A stretch of 64,000 nucleotides of DNA from Cytophagales bacterium (GTDB lineage Bacteria > Bacteroidota > Bacteroidia > Cytophagales > UBA9547), in the NCBI GenBank assembly GCA_046152935.1, contig JBJXGB010000103.1, positions 3,983 to 67,982 on the forward strand, given 5' to 3'. The translations under genes were made by a program, and so were the position numbers. How positions within the stretch are numbered: the stretch's first letter is position 1; each line of letters opens with the position of its first letter. Positions 45,097 through 55,324 of the stretch are shown here, piece after piece. A model generated the notes under the pieces. The model worked only from the letters and a program-made list of their open reading frames with translations, was not told where the DNA came from and ran no database searches.

Positions 45097-45714
45097 ATGT
45101 CAAGCAAAAACAGTGCATATCCTGGCGATCCGCAATGGATTGAAGATTTAAGAAGGCTGCATCCATTCAAACTTTTTATTTACATTTCCATTATTGGCAT
45201 TGTTATTTTATTTGGTTTTTTGGGATTTGGCTTTGCCGTCACCAACAATTTGCAACACAATTATCTCCCAAAATATTTTACTTTCAGCACATTGTGCATT
45301 CTATTTTCGAGTTTTACGATGTCGAAAAGTTTGCAAACCTATAAAGTAGACAACCCAAAGCTACTTAACAGATATTTGGCAGCGACTTTCTTATTAGGTC
45401 TTTTATTTATCGCTTTTCAAATGCAAGGTTGGAAGGAGTTGATGGATAAGGGAATATTTTTTAGCGGAAATGTAACAGGTTCGTACATATATTTACTTTC
45501 AGGCTTGCACCTCGTCCATTTTTTTGGCGGCTTTATCTTTTTTCTATTCGTATATTTTAGGGCTTTTGCAGCCTATCGCGACCCTGTTAAAAATTTATTA
45601 TACGTTACAGATCCTTACGAATACATGCTTTTGGATTTGCTAGGCATTTATTGGCATTTGATGGATTTACTGTGGGTTGCACTTTATCTGTTATTCCTCT
45701 TTTTTTCAATCTGA
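45097..45714 (+). CDS. cytochrome c oxidase subunit III-like membrane protein
   Basis: Five hydrophobic helices. The motifs ..LSGLHLVHFFGG.. and ..YWHLMDLLWVALY.. are typical of heme-copper oxidase subunit III. Confidence 0.7.
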   Translation: MSSKNSAYPGDPQWIEDLRRLHPFKLFIYISIIGIVILFGFLGFGFAVTNNLQHNYLPKYFTFSTLCILFSSFTMSKSLQTYKVDNPKLLNRYLAATFLLGLLFIAFQMQGWKELMDKGIFFSGNVTGSYIYLLSGLHLVHFFGGFIFFLFVYFRAFAAYRDPVKNLLYVTDPYEYMLLDLLGIYWHLMDLLWVALYLLFLFFSI

Positions 45715-45823
45715 TACAATTTTCACCGTTCCTCCAAATGCTAATTTTATAAAAAAACTATTTTTTATTGTATCTTAAATCCAAAACACTTCCTACATTC
45801 GTAAGTATATCAACACAAATCTT

Positions 45824-46375
45824 GTGAAGCTTTATAAACTAAAATTAACAGAAGAAGAGCTCGTTTCAAAACTCAAAAAAAGAGACAAAACTGCTTTTTC
45901 TGCCTTGTACGATAGTTACTCTGATGCCCTTTATGGAATTATTCTAAAAATAGTGCGTACCGATCCGCCCGCAGAAGACGTAATGCAGGAGGCTTTTGTC
46001 AAAATTTGGCGTAAAATAGACGATTTCAACCCTGAGAAAGGCACTATATTTACCTGGATGCTAAATATTTCTCGAAATACGGGGATCGATACCACAAGAT
46101 CTGAAAACTATAAAAAATCGGCTGCGGCCTATGATGTGGTTGAAAACACCAAAAAAATTGATGCTTTTAGAAATGAGACCTACAAAACAGACCATATTGG
46201 CGTTAAAGAAATAGTAGAAAGATTGAAGCCAGAACATAAAGAAATTATTGATTTGATATATTTCAACGGATTTACACAATCTGAAGTGGCCGAACACCTA
46301 CAAATGCCTTTGGGAACTGTAAAAACAAGGGTAAAGCTTGCAATGAATCATTTAAGAGAAACTTTTGCTGATTAA
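45824..46375 (+). CDS. ECF-type RNA polymerase sigma factor
   Basis: GTG start. Region 2 is ..DVMQEAFVKIWRKIDDF.. and region 4 is ..FNGFTQSEVAEHLQMPLGTVKTRVKLAM... Confidence 0.9.
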   Translation: MKLYKLKLTEEELVSKLKKRDKTAFSALYDSYSDALYGIILKIVRTDPPAEDVMQEAFVKIWRKIDDFNPEKGTIFTWMLNISRNTGIDTTRSENYKKSAAAYDVVENTKKIDAFRNETYKTDHIGVKEIVERLKPEHKEIIDLIYFNGFTQSEVAEHLQMPLGTVKTRVKLAMNHLRETFAD

Positions 46376-46378
46376 ATT

Positions 46379-47167
46379 ATGGATACGTCAACACTTATTG
46401 CCTCTGGAATAATAGAAAACTACACCCTTGGTTTGGCCACTGATGATGAAATGCAATTGGTAGAACAATCTGCCAACGCATCGGAAGAAGTTTTTAAAAT
46501 ATTGGCTCAAAATCAGATCGCTTTAGAAAAATATGCGTATGCTTACGAAATTCAAACACCAACCACTCTAAAGAACAAAATTTTTAACCAAATTAACATG
46601 GATAACCAAACAAAAGAGATTGAATTGAAACCGGTATCACCAATCAAAACATGGTGGGTAGCTGCCTCACTTATTATTTCAGCTTCAAGTTTATTGGGTA
46701 ATGTTTATTTAGGATCTCAAACTGAAACTTTAAAGACGCAATTATCGCAAATTACCAAAACCAACAATCGACTTACGTATGAAAATCTTATCAACAGAGC
46801 CAATTACAGAAGTGCCTCAGAGCAACTCTCTCTTTTGCACAAACATGGCAATAAAACCACCCATTTGGAAGGTTTAGACTTGGCAAAAGAAGCTTCAGCG
46901 ATGATTTATTGGAACTCTGAAAGTAAAGATTTATTCGTCTCGATCGATAATTTGCCAAAACTGCCGGCAGGAAAGCAGTACCAATTGTGGGCTATGGCAG
47001 ACGGAAAACCAGTAAATGCAGGATTATTGGCACTAGAATTTCAAAATAATTCACTTATCAAAATGAACGATGTAGCCAATGCACAGGCTTTTGCCATTTC
47101 TCTTGAAAAAATAGGAGGTTCAGCAACACCAGACATGAAAGCAATATACGTTTTAGGAACAATTTAG
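46379..47167 (+). CDS. anti-sigma factor (RskA-like)
   Basis: It lies immediately downstream of the ECF sigma gene (3-nt gap) and has a single central TM segment. The C-terminal ..KQYQLWAMADGKPVNAGLL.. resembles the anti-sigma-K (RskA) domain. Confidence 0.75.
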   Translation: MDTSTLIASGIIENYTLGLATDDEMQLVEQSANASEEVFKILAQNQIALEKYAYAYEIQTPTTLKNKIFNQINMDNQTKEIELKPVSPIKTWWVAASLIISASSLLGNVYLGSQTETLKTQLSQITKTNNRLTYENLINRANYRSASEQLSLLHKHGNKTTHLEGLDLAKEASAMIYWNSESKDLFVSIDNLPKLPAGKQYQLWAMADGKPVNAGLLALEFQNNSLIKMNDVANAQAFAISLEKIGGSATPDMKAIYVLGTI

Positions 47168-47222
47168 AAATTACGCAAAACTTTTTCTTAATATATTAGA
47201 CTGGTTTAATCCAAATGCAAAG

Positions 47223-47870
47223 TCAATCTAATATTTTTATTTCAAATGCAAATTTTACAAGCCCCACTAAAGTTTTGGTGTTTGTTTTCCTAAATATATT
47301 CTTTCGATGGGTTTCGACCGTATGTTCACTGATAAAGAGCGCATCGGCTATTTTTTGGTTTGAATATTCTTTAATGATAAGTTTAATAATTTCTATTTCA
47401 CGAGGTGTAAGATCAAATATTTTTGCGTCTTCCTTCTTGATTTCTTTGTATGTCATCAAATTAGAGATCAAAATATCGGAAACCTCTCGACTGTAATATA
47501 TGCCCTTTGCCATTACTACTTTTATGGCATCCAGCAGCTCTTTTCTATCCGTATTTTTGAGAATGTACCCCGCTGCACCAGCATCGAGTGCTTGCTGAAT
47601 GCTTCCTAAGGCATTGTTCATTGATAAAATAATCACTTTTGTATAAGGAAACTCGGCTTTTATTTTTTCAGTAAGCTCAATGCCGTTCATTCCCGGCAGG
47701 TTAATATCGATGAGTGCTAAATCGATCTGCGTTTCGTCTAAGACTTTCAAGGCCTCATTGGCATGGAGGCAAGTATAAATTTCATCAAACTCTTTGCCAT
47801 TTTTAAGTATGGATTTGAGGCCATCAAGCATTATTTGGTGGTCGTCACACAGTAAAATTTTCAATCCCAT
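47223..47870 (-). CDS. NarL/FixJ (LuxR-type) response regulator
   Basis: The receiver has ..ILLCDDH.. and ..LALIDINLPGMNG... The C-terminal LuxR HTH is ..YSNQKIADALFISEHTVETHRKNIFRK... Confidence 0.9.
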   Translation of the reverse strand: MGLKILLCDDHQIMLDGLKSILKNGKEFDEIYTCLHANEALKVLDETQIDLALIDINLPGMNGIELTEKIKAEFPYTKVIILSMNNALGSIQQALDAGAAGYILKNTDRKELLDAIKVVMAKGIYYSREVSDILISNLMTYKEIKKEDAKIFDLTPREIEIIKLIIKEYSNQKIADALFISEHTVETHRKNIFRKTNTKTLVGLVKFAFEIKILD

Positions 47871-47995
47871 TATTTGTCATAGTTATTTGTTAGCAAGGCA
47901 ACAGATTCAAGCTCAGTACTCGTAAAGTAAGAATAATGTTTCTTAAAAATTTGAAAATGTTTCAAGATTTATCATTCAACTCGAAAAAACCAACT

Positions 47996-49930
47996 TTAAT
48001 CTAAAACCTGATGGTGTTGCAAATTCAAATTGATGTTGTACATAGTTCCTTTGCCTGGCGAAGCATCAATATGCACTTCTCCTTTTAAGTATTCAATTCT
48101 CGATATGATATTTCTAATACCCATTCCGTTTGATCCCTTGTGTATTAGCGCCATATCAAACCCTATTCCGTTGTCTTCAATCAGCAAAACCATTTTTTCA
48201 TCTTCCAAAAAAAGTTGTATGTACACATCGGTAGCGTGCGAATGCCGAATAGCATTGTGAACAATTTCTTGAATAATACGATACAAAGTGGTTTGTACTT
48301 GCGGCAAAAGATCGGGTTCGAAATCTAAGTTTTGAAAGTGCAATCGTATTTTTTTTGCATTATTTATCTTTCTACAAAAATCTTTTAAGGCAGCCATCAA
48401 ACCAAATTGCACTACGGTGTTAGGCATCAAATTATGAGAAATATTGCGAACTTCTCTGCAAGAGTCATCCACCAAAGCCACAATGCTTCTTACTACCTCT
48501 GCAGCCTCTTTGTTTCGCTTATCTACCCAATGTTCTAGAGAAGAAAGATTGAGTTTCACAACTGAAAGCAATTGGCCAATTCCGTCATGCAACTCGAAAG
48601 CAAGCCTTTTTCGCTCATTCTCTTCCCCTTGAATTACTGCCCCAAACGCTTTTATCTGCTCATCGTTTAGCCGTTGTAAAAGCACGGCATTTTCTTCTAA
48701 TTGCACAATTGTCTCCCTTTGTGCCTGTTGTTTTTCAACCCTCAACACATTTATTCGATCTGCCAACGCAAACGACAAAAACAATAGTTCCAAAATAGTA
48801 CCAATCTGAGTACTATAAGTAGCAAAAAAATTAAATGGTGTAAAGCCCAAACTCGCCAATGCATACATGATTCCGCCAAAAGCAATGCACGACCAGCCAA
48901 CAATCATAAATTTTGCAGACGAAACCCCTTGTGTATAGGCACTAAATATGGCGTACATTATGCACGGTATCACGCCACACATACACAAAACAATAAAAAA
49001 AGGCAAATTGTACTTTAACGGGATAAATATACATGCTACTATTTCCGCAACGGCAATACATTTAATCGAATAGAAGATGTTTTTAACGAATTTAGGGTGA
49101 TGGACATTTCCAGAAAAAGCTTGCATAAATTGTAATATAAACAGAATTTCTAGGCTCAAAAATACCCCTCCCATCTTATTAGAAATTGTGGGCAAGTCTT
49201 TCATTAAATATTGATTGAACCAACCACCTAGCTCAAATTGAAAAAGCAAGGCAGAAAAAATGTACAAGACATAATACAAATAGCTTACATCAAATATTAC
49301 TAAATATAAAAAAAGATTATACAAACCCATGATGAGAATACAACCAAAATATATGCCCTCAATCATCTGCAATCGGTAATGGTGATCGAAATAGCTATTG
49401 TAATCGGCTAATACCATATTGAAATCAACCGCATCTTCAGAGGCTATTCTGACGAATATTTGGTAAGTACTATTTGACTTCAAGGGCAAATTAAATATAA
49501 AGTACCTGTTGTCGTATTCGCGGGTAGAAAATGGGCGAGAATTGCCTGTTTTATTCGATTTGACAACTTCACCATTGGCATCAACCAAATAGAAATCGAG
49601 GTAATTAATTGTGGTATTTTCGCACGCCAAAACGAAAGCGTTGCCAATCGAATCAGTGTCGATATTTAATTTAAACCAATACGCTGAGGGCGAATATCCA
49701 AAATTGTTTTTATGTTTTGGAGAAAATATCAAACTATTAGGCGCAGCCAAAAAATCATCTATCGTTAAATTCCCCTTTTTATCTTCAAAAAAAAGGCCTT
49801 GTTGGTGTACCAAATCATCAAATTGCGATTTCTTAATCTTTAAATTTGCATTTTGACTGGCAGCTGAACCTGGACTAGCGAAAAAAATATTGAGAAAGAT
49901 ACAGAACAGAACTAGTATTTTGAAGTTCAT
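47996..49930 (-). CDS. 7TMR-DISM-type sensor histidine kinase (HisKA_3 / NarX-like core)
   Basis: Order of elements: signal peptide, extracellular beta-rich domain, seven hydrophobic helices, coiled coil. The H-box is ELHDGIGQLLS (HisKA_3) and the HATPase is DNGIGF..GMGIRN. Confidence 0.85.
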   Translation of the reverse strand: MNFKILVLFCIFLNIFFASPGSAASQNANLKIKKSQFDDLVHQQGLFFEDKKGNLTIDDFLAAPNSLIFSPKHKNNFGYSPSAYWFKLNIDTDSIGNAFVLACENTTINYLDFYLVDANGEVVKSNKTGNSRPFSTREYDNRYFIFNLPLKSNSTYQIFVRIASEDAVDFNMVLADYNSYFDHHYRLQMIEGIYFGCILIMGLYNLFLYLVIFDVSYLYYVLYIFSALLFQFELGGWFNQYLMKDLPTISNKMGGVFLSLEILFILQFMQAFSGNVHHPKFVKNIFYSIKCIAVAEIVACIFIPLKYNLPFFIVLCMCGVIPCIMYAIFSAYTQGVSSAKFMIVGWSCIAFGGIMYALASLGFTPFNFFATYSTQIGTILELLFLSFALADRINVLRVEKQQAQRETIVQLEENAVLLQRLNDEQIKAFGAVIQGEENERKRLAFELHDGIGQLLSVVKLNLSSLEHWVDKRNKEAAEVVRSIVALVDDSCREVRNISHNLMPNTVVQFGLMAALKDFCRKINNAKKIRLHFQNLDFEPDLLPQVQTTLYRIIQEIVHNAIRHSHATDVYIQLFLEDEKMVLLIEDNGIGFDMALIHKGSNGMGIRNIISRIEYLKGEVHIDASPGKGTMYNINLNLQHHQVLD

Positions 49931-50075
49931 TAAATAAGAATAATTTCTTGCCTTTATAAACAGATAAATAAAGATAGATGCAACTTATTGATTCATATCA
50001 AAATAAATATTAGCATCTTACCACTTAGATTGCTATTTTGTATACTTATATGAATCTCAAATTTCAGCAAAATAT

Positions 50076-53000
50076 ATGAGTTCAACACCAAACAGTTTTA
50101 ACGAAAAACGAAATCTTGAATTACTTGGCGATTCTTTCGAGTCGATTCTTGATGATTCTGACGAATATATATTGTCGCTGCAACTTGATTTTTCGATCAA
50201 GTATGCCAACAAAGGATTTACGGCTATGTGCTTAAAAGCTTACGACCTTGTGGTAGAAATAGAAAAAACCTCGTTTTTTGAGATAATCCCAGCCTTTTTA
50301 ACCAAACATTACAAAGAAATATTGGCTAACGTAATGGCCGGTGATACCGTCAAAAATAATACATTTAGAAACTTCGGTGCCAAAAATCTGCCCGATGTGT
50401 ACTACCAAGAAGTTTTCAAACCAGTAAAAAATAGTCAGAATAATGTCGAATCTATACATATCTTCATTAGAGACATTACCCAAAATTATAAAACGGAAAA
50501 TCAACTCGCGGAAAATGAGGCGATACTAAAAGGCGTTTTTGAAAGTAATTCAGATGAAATTTTTTCTCTAAATAATAAATACGAAATAACAAGTTTCAAT
50601 AAAAATATTGCAGAATCGATCGAAAAATTAACTGGAAAACGAATAAAACTTGGCACGAATATTTTGCAACATCTTGAAAAACAAGATTTTGCCGATATAT
50701 CTCAGACACACAAAAAAAGGTTTGACATAGCTTTAAAAGGAGAAAGAATTACAGAAGTAGATACATTTGAGTTAGAAGGAAGCGTAAAACACACAGAGTT
50801 TACTGTAAATCCAATCTATTTAAATGAGTCTATTGTTGGCATAAGTGCATTTGGAAAAGACATTACCCAAAAATTAATAACTGAAAAAGCCATTTCAGAG
50901 GCTTACCAAGAAGAAATAAAACTAAATAAAGAACTTGCCAATAGAAAGGAAGAACTTACTACCAAAGAGGAAGAACTCCTACAATCGATTGAAGAGCTAA
51001 TAAGTGTAAATGATTTTGTAGAGCAAAGAGAAAGGCAAATAAACACCATTTTTGATAATTCGCCTGATATAATTGCATCGATTGATAGAGAATACAAAGT
51101 AAATATTGCTAATCGACCTTTCAGAGAATTATTCTTTAAAATAAACAAAAAAGACTTTGAACCAGGTGCTAATGTCAAGACTTTTCTACTCGACCAATCG
51201 GCATGGCAATCTTACGAAGCGATCTACAAAAGTGTATTTGAAGGCAATGCATACTCACGCATTGTAGACCTAAATGACACGATCTTGGGTAGGTACGTAT
51301 GCGAAGAATGCTACTCCCCTATCAGAAACGAACACGATGAAATAACAGAAATAGCGATTTACATCAAAGAAATTACTGAAAAAGTTAAAAGCCAAGAAAA
51401 AATTAGCATTCAAGAAAAACGATTCACCAGCGTAATCAACAGCACAGATGTTGATGGAATATTGGTTGTAAATAGCAACTATATTCTCACAGGATTTAAC
51501 AAATCTTACGAAAATGTGATGCAAAGTAATTATGGCATTACCATAGAGGCAGATAAATATTCAATATTTGATTTGCTACCGCCACAATTTCACGAGGATT
51601 ATCGACAAATATTCGACAATGTATTGAAGGGCGAAACACAGCATAAAGAGACTATGCATCCCATAGCTGATGGAAAGCACATTTACACTACCGAATCGTT
51701 TTTTCCCATATTTGACAATGACAATAAAATAGTAGAAATAGCTGTTTTTATTCGAGATGTTACTGAAAGCGTAGTTAATCAAAAATTGATTAAAGACAGC
51801 GAGGAGATGTTGAGAGAAACACAAGAAATTGCCGTACTGGGCAGTTGGCAATATGTGTTAGCCACTGGCGATGTTATTTGGAGCGATGTTACGTACGCTA
51901 TTTACGAAATTCCTTTAGGTACAAAAATCGATTTTAACTTGTTCCAGACTTTACATTCCGAAGAGGAAAATGCACTAATATCAGAAATAATATCAAATGC
52001 CACAAAAAATAAATGTGCCTACAAACTCGAAAATAAATACGTTTCGCCAACGGGTATCGAGAAATGTTTGCTAGGCATCGGAAACCCTATTTCTGATACT
52101 GAAGGCAATTTAATTGAGTTTCGAGGGAGCATACAAGATATTACAGATCGAAAAAAAGCCGAACAAAGCTTAGAATTATCACTTCAACAATCAAACAAAC
52201 TGAATGAAATACTGGCGCAAAGAGAACTAGAACTAACATCTAACGAAGAAGAACTTCGCAGCTATGTAGACGAACTTTCTCTGGTAAATAAAAAACTTGA
52301 AGAAAAAGAACAGTTTTTGCAGAAAAACATTCAATTACTCAATCTTACTGGTTTGGTAAATAAAGTGGGTGGCTGGGAATACGATGTGGCGATGAATAAA
52401 TATTATTTCACAGACCAAATGTACCTAATGAGAGGGTTAAAGGTGGGCGATGAACTCAATTTTAATAAAATGAGTGACTTTTATAACGAGACGGATAAAC
52501 TCGTAATCGAAAATAATATCAAGAAACTGTTTGAAAAAGGCGACCCTTTTGACAGCGAGATGGAAATGACAACACAAACTGGCTCAAAAATATGGGTAAG
52601 AAGTGTTGGATATGCAGAAATGAGCAACGGAAAAACCATCAAAGCCTACGGTGCAGTGCAAGACATTACGAAAAGAAAGCAAGACCGACAAAAAATATTA
52701 GATAGTGAGGCAAATCTTAAAGCAATCATCAACAGCAATGATTTTAGTATTTGGGCTGTGAGTAACGATCTTAAATTTATCGCGTTCAATGAAGAATTTA
52801 CTTCTCGATACAAATCGGTTTTTAAACGCGAGCCAAGAGAAGGAATGGATGCTCTTGAAGGTGTAAATGCAGAGACACTGAAAGATTGGAAGGAGTTCTA
52901 CGACAAAGCATTAAGCGGAGAAAAATTTAAAGCTGAGCTAGGAAGCGAAGGTACAATTTTCGAATACCATTTCAATCCGATAAAAAATTCAGACGGATCA

Positions 53001-54521
53001 ATCACAGGCGTTGCAATAATTGGAAGTGATATTTCTCAAAAAAGAACGATAGAAAAACAAATAAAATTGAGTGAACAAAAATTCAGGGCTTTATTTGAAA
53101 AAGCGAGGGTGTCGATGATGATTATCGATAAAGACAATATCATTGATTGTAACGATCACACCCTTAATTTGCTTCAGCTTTCTGATAGATCAGAACTTAA
53201 TTCCTTGATTGGCCCCATATTGAAACAGTCGAGCTTCGATGGATTTTCGGTGGTGCACAAATCGGCCAACATTCAAAAAATAATAGATAGCCACGAAGAA
53301 CGGGTGTTTGAATGGAGCCACGTAAGAAAAGATGGGAAACAATTGTATGGCGAAATAAGAGTGACACCGATTGAAATAGATGGAAAAGAGGTGCTTTTTT
53401 CACAATTTTACGATCTTACAGATAGAAAAGTAGCCGAAAATAAAATATTAGAAAGTGAAAACTTCTTAAACAGCATTATCGACAATATTCCTATTGGGAT
53501 CATGATTATTGACCAAGAGGGTGAAGTACAGCGAATGAACAATGCAATTTTGGCTCTCACAAGCATTCCTGTCGATTGGCATAGCCGCAGTGGCATACAT
53601 TTCAGAAACGACTCTTTTCTGAAAGAAATTGGTGCAACTTACTTTTTTGAATCGGCACTTGAAGGAAAGGTAATCATCAACCAAGAACTACAAGTAGATT
53701 TTGGGCTCTCAGTAAATGAATGGAATATGCGAAACGACCTGGTTTGGTTTTTGGTAACGGCATTTCCTATTTACGAAAATAAAAAAGTAAAAAATGTGGT
53801 GGTAGCATTGATCGATGTTTCTGCAGACAAAAAAAATAAGGAGCAGATAGAATCAAATGCACATGAATTGGTTGAATCGAACAAAAAAATGGCTGAATAC
53901 AAATTGATGGCTTTGAGATCGGTTATGAATCCGCATTTTTTATTCAATTCGCTCAATTCTATACAATATTTTATAGCCAAAAATGACAGAGAGCAAGCGT
54001 TGAATTATTTATCATTGTTTTCCAAACTTATTCGATCCATTTTAAATAGTTCTATTGATAATTCACATTCACTGGCCGAAGAGATCAGCATCCTTCGCTT
54101 TTATACAGATTTAGAAACTTTAAGGTTTGAAAATAAATTTATTACTATTTTTCACATCGAAGAATCGATAGATTTAGAAAATATTGAAATTCCTTCATTA
54201 ATTTTACAACCTTATGTAGAAAACGCCATTTTGCACGGTCTTTACAACAAAGCGGGTGAGAAAGGCGTATTAAGAATATCTTTCAAACTTACTGATAACG
54301 AGCGGCTTTTAGTATCGATTGAAGACAACGGAGTTGGTAGAATTGAGGCATTAGAAATAAAGCAAGCCAGCAAGATACACAGGTCGGTAGGAATGTTGGT
54401 AACACAAGAACGATTAGCGCTCATCAACAAAAATAATAATTTGTCGGTAACAATTGTCGATTTAAAAGATGAAAATAACCTGCCAAATGGCACAAGAGTA
54501 GAAGTACTATTTAATATTTGA
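50076..54521 (+). CDS. soluble multi-PAS (about nine modules) LytS-type histidine kinase
   Basis: 1481 aa with no evident TM segment. Nine PAS-end motifs of type (I/V/L)xD(I/V/L)(T/S)xxK are present. The C-terminal PF06580-like core is ..LRSVMNPHFLFNSLNSI.., with the HATPase ..LQPYVENAILHG..DNGVG... Confidence 0.85.
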   Translation: MSSTPNSFNEKRNLELLGDSFESILDDSDEYILSLQLDFSIKYANKGFTAMCLKAYDLVVEIEKTSFFEIIPAFLTKHYKEILANVMAGDTVKNNTFRNFGAKNLPDVYYQEVFKPVKNSQNNVESIHIFIRDITQNYKTENQLAENEAILKGVFESNSDEIFSLNNKYEITSFNKNIAESIEKLTGKRIKLGTNILQHLEKQDFADISQTHKKRFDIALKGERITEVDTFELEGSVKHTEFTVNPIYLNESIVGISAFGKDITQKLITEKAISEAYQEEIKLNKELANRKEELTTKEEELLQSIEELISVNDFVEQRERQINTIFDNSPDIIASIDREYKVNIANRPFRELFFKINKKDFEPGANVKTFLLDQSAWQSYEAIYKSVFEGNAYSRIVDLNDTILGRYVCEECYSPIRNEHDEITEIAIYIKEITEKVKSQEKISIQEKRFTSVINSTDVDGILVVNSNYILTGFNKSYENVMQSNYGITIEADKYSIFDLLPPQFHEDYRQIFDNVLKGETQHKETMHPIADGKHIYTTESFFPIFDNDNKIVEIAVFIRDVTESVVNQKLIKDSEEMLRETQEIAVLGSWQYVLATGDVIWSDVTYAIYEIPLGTKIDFNLFQTLHSEEENALISEIISNATKNKCAYKLENKYVSPTGIEKCLLGIGNPISDTEGNLIEFRGSIQDITDRKKAEQSLELSLQQSNKLNEILAQRELELTSNEEELRSYVDELSLVNKKLEEKEQFLQKNIQLLNLTGLVNKVGGWEYDVAMNKYYFTDQMYLMRGLKVGDELNFNKMSDFYNETDKLVIENNIKKLFEKGDPFDSEMEMTTQTGSKIWVRSVGYAEMSNGKTIKAYGAVQDITKRKQDRQKILDSEANLKAIINSNDFSIWAVSNDLKFIAFNEEFTSRYKSVFKREPREGMDALEGVNAETLKDWKEFYDKALSGEKFKAELGSEGTIFEYHFNPIKNSDGSITGVAIIGSDISQKRTIEKQIKLSEQKFRALFEKARVSMMIIDKDNIIDCNDHTLNLLQLSDRSELNSLIGPILKQSSFDGFSVVHKSANIQKIIDSHEERVFEWSHVRKDGKQLYGEIRVTPIEIDGKEVLFSQFYDLTDRKVAENKILESENFLNSIIDNIPIGIMIIDQEGEVQRMNNAILALTSIPVDWHSRSGIHFRNDSFLKEIGATYFFESALEGKVIINQELQVDFGLSVNEWNMRNDLVWFLVTAFPIYENKKVKNVVVALIDVSADKKNKEQIESNAHELVESNKKMAEYKLMALRSVMNPHFLFNSLNSIQYFIAKNDREQALNYLSLFSKLIRSILNSSIDNSHSLAEEISILRFYTDLETLRFENKFITIFHIEESIDLENIEIPSLILQPYVENAILHGLYNKAGEKGVLRISFKLTDNERLLVSIEDNGVGRIEALEIKQASKIHRSVGMLVTQERLALINKNNNLSVTIVDLKDENNLPNGTRVEVLFNI

Positions 54522-54546
54522 ACTTACCAACCTAAACACCGACACA

Positions 54547-55305
54547 ATGCTAAAAGCAGTAATTGTAGATGATGAAGAAAAAAGCCGTGAAAATCTAAAA
54601 ATTTTAATTGAAGAATTTTGCTCCAATGTGCAAGTATTGGCTTTGGCGAAATCGGTAGCTGAAGGTATAGAGGCCATCGATAATTTTCGACCAGATATCT
54701 TGTTCCTAGATATTCAAATGCAAAAAGAAACTGGCTTTGATCTTTTAAATAGCATCAAAAAAATAGATTTTGAGATTATTTTTACTACTGCTCACTCAGA
54801 ATATGCCATTGATGCTATCAAATTTGCGGCCATCGATTATTTATTGAAGCCAATTGACATCAACGATTTGAAACTCGCCATTCGCAGCGTTGAAAAAAAA
54901 CTTACTAACAATAATTTCAAAGAGCAATTTGAAACCTTGTTGCACAATTTTCGAGCAGATAATTCAGATAGTTACAAACTCGCCATTCCTTCCTCAGATG
55001 GGCTTGTATTTATTAGCATTAAAGATATTATCTACTGCGAAGCTTTGAGCAACTACACCAAGATTCACATGAAAGACGGTAAATTTCACATGATTTCAAA
55101 GACTTTGAAAGAATACGAAAGTTTGCTCTCCAACTACCATTTTTTCAGAATTCACCATGCCTACTTAATAAATACCAAAGAAATAAAAAAATATGTGAGA
55201 GGCGATGGTGGCTATGTTATCATGAACAATGATGTGTCGATTGATGTATCGAAACGTAAAAAAGAGCTTTTTTTGAAGAAAATAGACAATGGCTTTTTGA
55301 ATTAG
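54547..55305 (+). CDS. LytR/AlgR-family response regulator (receiver + LytTR DNA-binding domain)
   Basis: The receiver has ..AVIVDDE.. and ..ILFLDIQM... The C-terminal LytTR pattern is ..IYCEALSNYTKIHMKDGKFHMISKTLKEYE..FFRIHHAYLIN... Confidence 0.9.
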   Translation: MLKAVIVDDEEKSRENLKILIEEFCSNVQVLALAKSVAEGIEAIDNFRPDILFLDIQMQKETGFDLLNSIKKIDFEIIFTTAHSEYAIDAIKFAAIDYLLKPIDINDLKLAIRSVEKKLTNNNFKEQFETLLHNFRADNSDSYKLAIPSSDGLVFISIKDIIYCEALSNYTKIHMKDGKFHMISKTLKEYESLLSNYHFFRIHHAYLINTKEIKKYVRGDGGYVIMNNDVSIDVSKRKKELFLKKIDNGFLN

Positions 55306-55324
55306 CTATCAACCAAATGCCTGA

